A program made the translations under genes and the position numbers. A stretch of DNA of 64,000 nucleotides from an uncultured Kofleriaceae bacterium (GTDB taxonomy: Bacteria; Myxococcota_A; Polyangia; HGW-17). The notes under the pieces were generated by a model, which worked only from the letters and a program-made list of their open reading frames with translations, was not told the DNA's origin and searched no databases. This document shows, one piece after another, positions 39,041-47,180 of this stretch. The stretch covers positions 2,010 to 66,009 of the forward strand of contig CAZTZR010000007.1 of assembly GCA_964618145.1 (NCBI GenBank). Direction: 5' to 3'. Position 1 is the first letter of the stretch. Every line of letters begins with the position of its first letter.

Positions 39041-39841
39041 TCAATTGCAAATGGCTTCACACAATTGTACGAAGACTTCGGGAAGGGCAATTCCGGGGGT
39101 GGAAAAATCCGGGTCGGAGAACCTGACAATCCGGGGGCGGCGCCGGAACGGGACGCGGTTCCAGGCATTGTCTGTCGTGTCCGTTGTCAAGTCGATGATG
39201 ACGTCCGGCTGCAGGTGGACAAGGGTTTCCAGACTCAATGCAGGGTATGCAGCCGGACCTTCGGGGAGAGTCCGGGCGGCACCACACAGGTGGACGAGTT
39301 CATCCATATAGGTGCCTGGACCTGCTGCCACCAGATGGGCCAGGGAACCGGAATCCCTGCCGAGGGTGACCAGAACCCGGGGAACGGAGGGACAGGTGCG
39401 GGGCTGCAGACGTCTGCTGATTTCGTCCACGAGCCGTGCCGCCTCCTGGCCAGTGCCCGTGGCTGCCCCCAGTTTCAGGATGGACTCCCGCACTTCCCCG
39501 ATGGAACGGGTTGGCAGGGAAAGGACGGGAATGCCGATGGAACGCAGTTTCTGGCGGGCGTCATGATGAAGTTCCGAAACAAGCACCAGATCGGGTTTCA
39601 GGCGGGCAACGGTTTCAATGTCCACATCCAGGAATCCCCCCACCCGGGGCAAAAATTTCACTTCACCTGGCTTGGTGTCGTACCGGGTGACTCCCACAAT
39701 CCGGGGACCGAGTCCCAGGGCGAATGCCATCTGGGTCAGGGAGGGGGAACAAGAAACAATCCGTCTTGCACCGGAACCGGATGGGGTGTTCCGGCAACCG
39801 GAATGCAGAAGCAGAAGGCAGGTGAAAAATGCTCTTGTCAT
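39041..39841 (-). CDS. Periplasmic substrate-binding protein of an ABC transporter (BtuF/FecB-like class III; cobalamin or iron-siderophore type).
   Basis: Lipoprotein signal (LLLLHSGC). The RIVSCSPSLTQMAFALG...RIVGVT and PDLVLV motifs are typical of BtuF-family binding proteins. Confidence 0.7.
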   Translation of the reverse strand: MTRAFFTCLLLLHSGCRNTPSGSGARRIVSCSPSLTQMAFALGLGPRIVGVTRYDTKPGEVKFLPRVGGFLDVDIETVARLKPDLVLVSELHHDARQKLRSIGIPVLSLPTRSIGEVRESILKLGAATGTGQEAARLVDEISRRLQPRTCPSVPRVLVTLGRDSGSLAHLVAAGPGTYMDELVHLCGAARTLPEGPAAYPALSLETLVHLQPDVIIDLTTDTTDNAWNRVPFRRRPRIVRFSDPDFSTPGIALPEVFVQLCEAICN

Positions 39842-39875
39842 TTTTCCGGAAAACCGCTAAACATGGCGTCGGCGC

Positions 39876-39951
39876 GCGGGATTAACTCAGTTGGCAGAGT
39901 GTCAGCTTCCCAAGCTGAATGTCGCGGGTTCGAATCCCGTATCCCGCTCCA
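39876..39951 (+). tRNA. tRNA-Gly (anticodon CCC).
   Basis: Manual fold. The acceptor GCGGGAT pairs with ATCCCGC. The D-arm is CTCA/AGAG with loop GTTGGC. The anticodon stem TCAGC/GCTGA encloses loop TTCCCAA (anticodon CCC). The T-arm GCGGG-TTCGAAT-CCCGT is followed by discriminator T and an encoded CCA. Confidence 0.9.
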
Positions 39952-39995
39952 CCTAGAAAAGGAAAAAAGTATCATCCTTGCAGGCATGGCGAATC

Positions 39996-41183
39996 TCAGG
40001 GGGATTCACTTCGGGAGGCGGCCAGCCTTTCCTCCATGAATTCCTTGAGTTTCCTGGCACGTTCTTCCCATGTGTATTTCCTGGAATCCTCCCTGGCCCG
40101 GTCGGCCAGGTTTCCCGCGAACAGGGGATCGTCCGCGAGGCGGTGCAAGGCGTCGGCTGCGGCCCGGGGGTCATCGGGGGTCACCCGCAGGGCATTTACA
40201 CCATGGTGGAGCAGTTCCGCCGTGTCGGGGAGATCCGGCGCCAGTATGGGACGTCCGGCAGCCAGGTAATTGAATACCTTGATGGGCAGCACCGTGCGGT
40301 GATGTTCACGCAGGGGCCTGCTGGTGGGCGGGATGATGACCACATCGGCCGCATACAGGTAGGGAGGCACCTTGTTGGGGGTCACCCAGCCCATGACATG
40401 CACGTTCTTGACGCCTTTTTCCGCGGCATACCCGAGAATGCGGTTCACATCCGTTTCGGTGGGGCCGCCAACAAGCACGAAGGAGAGGTCCGGCGCCAGT
40501 TCGGCGATGTCCACCAGGATTTCCACTCCCTTGATGGCCGTCATGTGACCGGTGTAGACCACCGTGAAATCGTTTTGCGGAAGTCCCAGCATCCGCCGGG
40601 CTTCGTCCCGGGTCAGTTCGGGCCGGAATTCCTCCGGATCATATCCGTTGTGGAGTGCCGTGACCTTTTCTTCGGGAACGCCGGCATCCACGAAGGCCTG
40701 GCGGGACATTTCACTGTGGGTGGTGATTCCCAGGAAGCGGGGATGGGTCGCGATTTTTTTGAACAGAGGTGCAGAAACGGGGTATTCCTTCGGAAGAAGC
40801 CTGTAGGTTTCGAACAGGGCCCGCCCACCCCGTGCGATGGTGAGCAGCACGGGCAGTATGTTGCGGCTGTACACCAGATCGTAGTCGTCGAAACTCGCCA
40901 GAAGGGGGGCTGTGACGCCATGGGTGAGTTTTTCCACCCGAAACCGGTTTGTCGGCCAGAAAGTAAAGACATCCCGCAGGTGAAAAGACGGCTCCACCCC
41001 GTAGAAATCGCAGATCCTGCGCAGTTTCTTTTCGCTTTTGAGAAGCAGGTGTTCGGCAAGGGTGGGGATCATGAAATCCACCTGCACCCCGAGACGTCCC
41101 AGATGGGACGCCGTGGTGACCACCTGGTTGGTGGAGGTCCAGTAGGATGGGAAATGGTCGTCACAAATGGTACATACGCGCAT
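39996..41183 (-). CDS. Glycosyltransferase family 4 (GT-B, GT1-like).
   Basis: The C-terminal GT1/GT4 EX7E-type region with PTSRPLREHHRTVLPIKVFNYLAAGRPILAPD is recognisable. Start taken at MRVCTICDDHF (41183). Confidence 0.8.
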   Translation of the reverse strand: MRVCTICDDHFPSYWTSTNQVVTTASHLGRLGVQVDFMIPTLAEHLLLKSEKKLRRICDFYGVEPSFHLRDVFTFWPTNRFRVEKLTHGVTAPLLASFDDYDLVYSRNILPVLLTIARGGRALFETYRLLPKEYPVSAPLFKKIATHPRFLGITTHSEMSRQAFVDAGVPEEKVTALHNGYDPEEFRPELTRDEARRMLGLPQNDFTVVYTGHMTAIKGVEILVDIAELAPDLSFVLVGGPTETDVNRILGYAAEKGVKNVHVMGWVTPNKVPPYLYAADVVIIPPTSRPLREHHRTVLPIKVFNYLAAGRPILAPDLPDTAELLHHGVNALRVTPDDPRAAADALHRLADDPLFAGNLADRAREDSRKYTWEERARKLKEFMEERLAASRSESP

Positions 41184-41395
41184 GGATGAATCCTTAATGG
41201 GGGCGATCCGGGGATCCCGACCGTACCCGGGGAGGCATCTTAAGTCAACCATCCGGTCAGGTCAATGTTTCGCTGGACACAAGGGTCCAGATGGACCCGC
41301 ACCGTGTGTCCGGCAACCAGAATTCATTTGACAAAAACAGCAGGGTCGTTTCAGATGGCCGCAACTGAGGTTCGCCACTCCACTGGATTTTCACA

Positions 41396-42994
41396 ATGAG
41401 CCGGACTCCCAAATCCAATCTCCTAGGTCAGGTCATCGGTGGCCGGTTTCGTGTGGAACGCCTTCTGGGGGAGGGAGGCATGGGGGAGGTGTATCTGGGG
41501 CGGCATGACCTGTTGGGAAACGTGGTGGCCATCAAGTTGCTCAAGACGCAACATGCCACGGATAACCGCATGGCTGCCCGCTTCCGCAGGGAGGCCCGGG
41601 CCACCAGCCGGGTCCAGCACCCGAACGTCGTCGGAATCTTTGATACGGGTCTCACCGAGGATGGGCGCCTGTTTCTCATCATGGAGTACATCCAGGGGGA
41701 CAACCTCTACGAAATCAGCAGCGAAGCCGACACCTTGCCCGTGGAACAGGCCCTTCCGGTTTTCATCCAGGTGGCCGACGGTCTGGGTGCCGCCCACGGG
41801 ATGGGAATCATTCACCGGGATCTGAAACCGGACAACATAGTGCTTACCCGGACGGAAAAAGGCGACGTGGTCAAATTGCTGGATTTCGGCCTGGCCAAGA
41901 TGGTTGGTGCGGAGGATGACCGAATCACCCTTCCCGGAGAGGTTTTTGGTACCCCGCAATACATGGCGCCCGAACAGTGCATGGGGGAAACATTGTACTG
42001 TGCCACCGATGTCTATTCCTTCGGTGCCGTGGCCTACGAAGTGCTCACCGGGGAGCCTCCGTACATGGCCACATCCCTGGTCGATTATGTAATGATGCAG
42101 AAAAACCGCATGCCTGACCCCCCTTCCCTGAAGGCTCCCCGGCAGGATGTCCCGCCGGAACTGGATGAAGTGATCCTCAAATGCCTTTCTAGGGAGGTGG
42201 CCAACCGGTATCCGGACGGTGCGGCACTGGCTGCTGCGCTCAGACAGGTGCAGCAGGTGACGACCCAGCGGAAACTGGGAGCGCCCGTCGATCTTTCCGT
42301 GCAGTTTTCCCAGATCCATATTCCTGGCCTGGATTCTTCCTCGGAAGTGGAACCGGAGGAACTTCGCAGCATGGTCCAGGGCTGGCTGTGGGATCGCCTC
42401 GGTCATTTCGTCGGGAACCTTCGTTCCATGAACTGTTTTCCTGTGGAACTGGAATCGAAGATGGCATCGGCCAACCGGATTGCGGAGCAAATTGCCCGGG
42501 TCAACACCGAAGAACAAAAATTTTCCGGGGAACATGCCCAAAAGGTTTCGTCCCTGCGTTCCCGGTCAGGACAACTGCGTCAGGCGGTGCAGGATTTGTC
42601 CTTTGAGCGTGAAAACCTGTCCGCATTTTTGCGGTCGAATCCATGCTGTCGTCTGGACGAACTGATCCGGGCCTTTCCCGGAATGCCCATTCCGGAAGAT
42701 TGCCGCTCGGTAATGGGACTTCTGGATGAATTGACCTACCAGATCACGGAACTGGAAAAAGGATTTTCCGATCTGCAGCGCGCAATGGACGAAACCTGGG
42801 AAACCTGGAATGTGCGCCGCCAGGAGTTGACGGGCACACGCTGGCTTCTGGAAGGACAAAAGGCCGGTTTGACTGTGGAAATCATAGAGTTTCTCATCGG
42901 CCCCGGTGGACGGGCGCTCCGAAACCGGCCCGGGGTGTCCCGGGAGTTGGAAGAACTGTCCCTTTCGTATCAGGAAATATCGCGGCTGATCTGA
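41396..42994 (+). CDS. Eukaryotic-like Ser/Thr protein kinase with a C-terminal coiled-coil domain.
   Basis: GRFRVERLLGEGGMGEVY (Gly loop), VAIKLL, HRDLKPDNIV, DFGLAK, APE. C-terminal ~230 aa helical. Confidence 0.85.
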   Translation: MSRTPKSNLLGQVIGGRFRVERLLGEGGMGEVYLGRHDLLGNVVAIKLLKTQHATDNRMAARFRREARATSRVQHPNVVGIFDTGLTEDGRLFLIMEYIQGDNLYEISSEADTLPVEQALPVFIQVADGLGAAHGMGIIHRDLKPDNIVLTRTEKGDVVKLLDFGLAKMVGAEDDRITLPGEVFGTPQYMAPEQCMGETLYCATDVYSFGAVAYEVLTGEPPYMATSLVDYVMMQKNRMPDPPSLKAPRQDVPPELDEVILKCLSREVANRYPDGAALAAALRQVQQVTTQRKLGAPVDLSVQFSQIHIPGLDSSSEVEPEELRSMVQGWLWDRLGHFVGNLRSMNCFPVELESKMASANRIAEQIARVNTEEQKFSGEHAQKVSSLRSRSGQLRQAVQDLSFERENLSAFLRSNPCCRLDELIRAFPGMPIPEDCRSVMGLLDELTYQITELEKGFSDLQRAMDETWETWNVRRQELTGTRWLLEGQKAGLTVEIIEFLIGPGGRALRNRPGVSRELEELSLSYQEISRLI

Positions 42995-43001
42995 TGATTG
43001 G

Positions 43002-43979
43002 TCAGAAATCCCACCCGAACTGGATGGACCAGGTCTGCTGAAGGACACTTTTGTCCTTGATGGCTTGTTTGCGTCCGGAAATGGGTTCAAAGACGGAGTC
43101 GCTGGAACCGCCGGCCAGGGTGAAGACGCCTTCCAGTGTGATCACCATCTTGTAGTAAATGAAGCGGGCGCCCAGGAAAATGCGGTGTCTTGCAATGACG
43201 TCCTGGTCATCGAACACGATGTTGTTGTCGCAGTCCGGATGGATACAGGTGAGGCCGGGCCCGAACACCGTACTGCCGTCGGGGTTGAGGGAATCCACTC
43301 CCGGTGTCACGTCGACCACCTTGCTGTCACTGAAAATCATCAGGTAATTGTATCCAAGGTAGGGTGTGACATTGAGTGTGCCGGCAACCCCGAAGCTTTT
43401 TGACAGGCTCAAATCCACGCTGGCGATGGTGAGATCCACCTGATCCGAACCCATGACCCGGGCCCCGAATCCGCGCACGGCAATGGCGGGGATGGGGAAG
43501 TCGAAATACCCCTCGTTGATGGAGAACTTTCCGGACACGTGCGGTGCGAACAGGTGACTTTCCGTCAGGTATTTCACCCCACCGCTGATTTCAAAGCCGG
43601 GCAGGGGAAACCACATGCCCTTGCGGACTTCCATGCCGATGGTCTGGACAAAACCGGCGGGTGTGCCATGAACCCCGTTTTTCCAGTAGTCCGCAGAGCC
43701 GTTGATGGTGGTGATCCCGTAATGGGCGCCGATGGCCATGCCCATGTACCCGACGGTCTCTGCCGGGGCCAGAAAGGATGGCCCGAAGGCTACTCCCATT
43801 TCGGAAACCAGGTTGCGATAGGCACTGGTGCGGTCGGTGAGGGCCTGGAAAGGATCCGGATTGTTGTAGGAATTGTGGAGTCTGGCCAGGTCAATGTCGT
43901 ATCGGTAATCCCTGGCGGAAACAGGATGATTCACAAGGAAAGCAAAAAGCATGAAGGTAAACAGGCAGGTGGTTTTCAT
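43002..43979 (-). CDS. Outer-membrane beta-barrel protein.
   Basis: Signal peptide MKTTCLFTFMLFAFLVNHPVSA. Amphipathic beta-strand pattern. C-terminal ...QFGWDF ending in Phe. Confidence 0.55.
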   Translation of the reverse strand: MKTTCLFTFMLFAFLVNHPVSARDYRYDIDLARLHNSYNNPDPFQALTDRTSAYRNLVSEMGVAFGPSFLAPAETVGYMGMAIGAHYGITTINGSADYWKNGVHGTPAGFVQTIGMEVRKGMWFPLPGFEISGGVKYLTESHLFAPHVSGKFSINEGYFDFPIPAIAVRGFGARVMGSDQVDLTIASVDLSLSKSFGVAGTLNVTPYLGYNYLMIFSDSKVVDVTPGVDSLNPDGSTVFGPGLTCIHPDCDNNIVFDDQDVIARHRIFLGARFIYYKMVITLEGVFTLAGGSSDSVFEPISGRKQAIKDKSVLQQTWSIQFGWDF

Positions 43980-44041
43980 GGAAATCCTCAGGAATGCCAC
44001 AACTTCCGGAAGGCTAGCAGGAACTGGCCTGTGAATCAAGG

Positions 44042-44557
44042 TTATAGTTTTGGCCAGAGAAGCAGGAAAATCCCCAGGGCGCTTTCGGCCAGTCCCACGA
44101 GGAAGGCGGGGCCTGCAGTCAGGTTCCTGAAATAGTATGGCAGGAACCGGAACATCAGGCCCAGAAAACCATGGAGGGCAAAAATCAGCCCGAAGAAGAC
44201 GGAGATCCAGGATACGAAACCCTTGTCCGAGAAACCGGGGATGGTAAAGGCCATGACCACGAACACCAGGGCCAGGATTCCATAAGCCATGATGACGGAA
44301 CTCCGGATGGGTTTCTTGACGCGGATGGTTCCGGTTTCATGGATCGGCGTTTGGCAGTTCTGGCAGCGGATGGTGAAGGTGTGAACGTCCTGCCCGCATT
44401 TCGGGCAGTTCTTGTATTGCGTCCCCATGGGACCGTTGGGGCTTTCGGCAAAATAGCACTTCTCACACCAGGGATTGCCGGAAAAGGAAAACACTTCCCC
44501 TTCGGAAAGGGATATCTGGCATTTGAAACAGTTCAGGCTTTCGGGCGAATCGGCCAT
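44042..44557 (-). CDS. Membrane protein with N-terminal double zinc-ribbon (2 x CxxC...CxxC) and four C-terminal TM helices. Function unknown.
   Basis: CFKCQ...CEKC and CPKCGQ...CQNCQ precede a hydrophobic C-terminal half. Confidence 0.55.
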   Translation of the reverse strand: MADSPESLNCFKCQISLSEGEVFSFSGNPWCEKCYFAESPNGPMGTQYKNCPKCGQDVHTFTIRCQNCQTPIHETGTIRVKKPIRSSVIMAYGILALVFVVMAFTIPGFSDKGFVSWISVFFGLIFALHGFLGLMFRFLPYYFRNLTAGPAFLVGLAESALGIFLLLWPKL

Positions 44558-44617
44558 GGAGTCCTCCTCAAACGCGATAACCTGCCACCACCTCAGCGTT
44601 TGTTCAAGGAAAAACTT

Positions 44618-45094
44618 TCATGGCTGCGGAGTGGAATCTTCCCGGTGCCCTCCCGGGCCGGATTCCGCATGGACGTGAACGAGTTCGATTCCCAGCCGTG
44701 GAGCCCAGTGCAGGATTTTCTCGTCCCGGTAGAACTCTCCGTAACAGATTCTCGTGACTCCGGAGTTCACCAGCATCTTGAAACAGTTCCAGCAGGGAGA
44801 TGCCGTGACATAGATGGTTGCACCGTCCATGGGGATGCCGTGCCTGGCCGCATGGATGATGGCATTGGCTTCCGCATGGATCGTGGCCACACAATGATCG
44901 TTTTCCATCATGCATCCCACATCGGTACAGTGGGGGGCCCCGGCCATGCTTCCGTTGTATCCCGTGCTGAGGATGGCATGGTTGCGGACGATTACGGCCC
45001 CCACGGACTTGCGGGGACAGGTGCTTCGGGTGGCCACCATGAACGCGATGTTCATGAAATATGTGTCCCAGGATACACGGTCTGCTTTTTTCAT
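44618..45094 (-). CDS. dCMP deaminase (ComEB/CDA-fold zinc deaminase).
   Basis: HAEANAI (HxE) and PCWNCFKML (PCxxC) zinc-binding motifs. ~158 aa. Confidence 0.85.
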   Translation of the reverse strand: MKKADRVSWDTYFMNIAFMVATRSTCPRKSVGAVIVRNHAILSTGYNGSMAGAPHCTDVGCMMENDHCVATIHAEANAIIHAARHGIPMDGATIYVTASPCWNCFKMLVNSGVTRICYGEFYRDEKILHWAPRLGIELVHVHAESGPGGHREDSTPQP

Positions 45095-45258
45095 TCATTT
45101 TCTCCTAACGCTTGGTCGGAACTTCTGATATACATAGCGTTGACGGGGTTGGCCCAATACAAACAACTCGTCCCCCTTTCAGGGAAAACAACCTGAAATT
45201 ACTTGATTTTTTTTATTCTAGGAAGAATTTTTTTCGTTTGTTTTGGTTGGTGAACGGA

Positions 45259-45834
45259 ATGAGTGAGGATCTCGGCATGGACAGGAAAAAGAAGTTGATC
45301 GTGTTTTTGTGTATCGCCGGAATCGGATTCATTCTGGACATGGGATCCAAACTGTGGGCCCAGAATGCGTTGACCCAGGATTACCTGGATCCTTCGAAGG
45401 TCAGTCCCTTCACCTTCCGGTTGACTCTGGCTTTCAACCACGGAGCCGCTTTCGGTTTTTTGTCCGATGTGGCCAGCGGCCGGTGGATACTCATTATTGT
45501 GGGTACACTGGCGATGTATTTCATTTACTACCTTTATAAAAGACCCGAGTCGAACCACAGGCTGTATCTGGTTGGTCTGGCCCTGGTGGCGGGCGGAGCC
45601 ATGGGCAACCTGGTGGATCGCATCATTTTCGGCCGGGTCACGGATTTTGTGCAGATGTGGCTTTTTCCCTCCATCCGGATCACGTGGCCCTGGCCGACCT
45701 ACAATGTGGCGGATGTCCTGCTTCTGGGGGGCGTCGGTTGCCTGTTGATCTTTTCGTTTCTCCCTGAAGGACGGAACATGGCGGGCAAGGGGGACTCCCC
45801 GACTCCGAAAAAATCCGGGGCTCCACGGAAATAG
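45259..45834 (+). CDS. lspA: Lipoprotein signal peptidase II.
   Basis: LspA motifs FNHGAAFGF, NLVDRIIFGRVTDFV and NVADVLL are present across 4 TM helices. Start at MSEDLGMDRKKK (45259). Confidence 0.85.
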   Translation: MSEDLGMDRKKKLIVFLCIAGIGFILDMGSKLWAQNALTQDYLDPSKVSPFTFRLTLAFNHGAAFGFLSDVASGRWILIIVGTLAMYFIYYLYKRPESNHRLYLVGLALVAGGAMGNLVDRIIFGRVTDFVQMWLFPSIRITWPWPTYNVADVLLLGGVGCLLIFSFLPEGRNMAGKGDSPTPKKSGAPRK

Positions 45835-45837
45835 TTC

Positions 45838-47046
45838 ATGTACATATCCGCCTTTACCCATCGGGAGCAACTGTTCGACATCGCCAAGCGCTGGCTTGAA
45901 GACAAACTGGAGCCTGACGATGCCTGGTTGATGACGGAAATCTTCACTTACGAAGGGTTTGTCAGCACTCCCATGGTGAAGCAGTTTCTCATGGGGTTCC
46001 TGCGGGATCTGCACGGGAGGGAAATCACTTCACGGGGCGTGACGATGAAGCATCAGGTCAAGGAAGCCGTGACACGCAACCTTCCCTTCATTGATGACCG
46101 CATCGAGTTTCTAGTGCGCATGTACCATTCCCGTCCCGAAGAGTATTTCCCCCGGGCTCCCATCAACGGACTTTTGTTTTTCGCCGGAGAAACGAATCCG
46201 CATCTGGTGTCCATGCTGCGGATCAAGCGTGCCCGCCGGGTGGCGGAAAAGGTCAGCCGGCGCATGGCGGATATGATCCTGACCCACATCCGTCGCAAGG
46301 CGGACATTCTGGCAAGGGAACGTGCCGAACGCCTGGGGGTTCCCCTGGAAATGCTGCTGACCCCCCCCGAACAGATGGTCACCGAGTTCGAGGCAGCCGA
46401 GCGGCAACTGGCCGAGCAGGTCATGAGCGGGAAAATTCCTTTCAACAAGGACGACCTGGCGGTGCCGGACATCATCGGTGTCAAAATCATCGGAAACGAG
46501 GAAACGCTGGCCCGGGCGGAAAAACTGCTGGCCGAACACCCGGACGTGACGTTGGTGGAGCGGGAAACCCACCAGGGTGATTACAATGCGGTCAACCTCC
46601 AGTTTGATCTCCATCTCCCGGAACCGGGAGTGATCATCGACAGCGTGTCCTCAAGCATCGTGACCCCGTTCCCTGCAACCCGGGGCATATCCCCCGAGGA
46701 ATTGCAGGAAGGATTTGCCGCATACGTCGAATCCGGCGAACGCACCGTGCGGGTCGAACTGATTCTCACCAATTATCAGGAACTCGTGGAATCGGAGATC
46801 GGACGATCCATTCACGAGATGCGGACACTCAAGCAGCGATCCCAGCGGGAATATACGGGGCGTATAGCCAAAAATGCAGAATTCATCGTGGAATACATGC
46901 TTTCCGTGGCCTTTTCCCCGCAGATCGAGATCCATTTCATCCCCATCAAGCTCAACGGTCATTACCTTCCTGAAACGGTTTCCTACGCAATACGCCGGTT
47001 ATTCGGAATTGAGGAAAGCGCAATTTTCACGAATTTATCCTTGTAA
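45838..47046 (+). CDS. Hypothetical cytoplasmic protein (402 aa) with a possible RelA/SpoT-like (alarmone-synthetase-type) nucleotidyltransferase core.
   Basis: DIIGVKIIGNEE resembles the D-x-x-G-x-R-hhh motif, and HQGDYNAVNLQFDL resembles the G-Y-x-S-x-H motif. They are preceded by an R/K-rich helix (ILTHIRRKADILARERA). This is a weak, motif-level resemblance only. Confidence 0.45.
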   Translation: MYISAFTHREQLFDIAKRWLEDKLEPDDAWLMTEIFTYEGFVSTPMVKQFLMGFLRDLHGREITSRGVTMKHQVKEAVTRNLPFIDDRIEFLVRMYHSRPEEYFPRAPINGLLFFAGETNPHLVSMLRIKRARRVAEKVSRRMADMILTHIRRKADILARERAERLGVPLEMLLTPPEQMVTEFEAAERQLAEQVMSGKIPFNKDDLAVPDIIGVKIIGNEETLARAEKLLAEHPDVTLVERETHQGDYNAVNLQFDLHLPEPGVIIDSVSSSIVTPFPATRGISPEELQEGFAAYVESGERTVRVELILTNYQELVESEIGRSIHEMRTLKQRSQREYTGRIAKNAEFIVEYMLSVAFSPQIEIHFIPIKLNGHYLPETVSYAIRRLFGIEESAIFTNLSL

Positions 47047-47180
47047 AACAAGTGTTTTTCATTCAAACGCACACAGGGTGAAACTTTTTGCTTGCGGGCA
47101 AAAGGCCTCTGTATATATATTCCCCATGTCTATGGTATGGGCATCTGTTGCCGTTTGCGCCGTTGGCAAGGAGAAACACG

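Noticed and set aside
39978-41189. 403-aa plus ORF antisense to the GT4 glycosyltransferase
   Set aside because: Antisense artefact. The sense ORF has GT-B C-terminal motifs.
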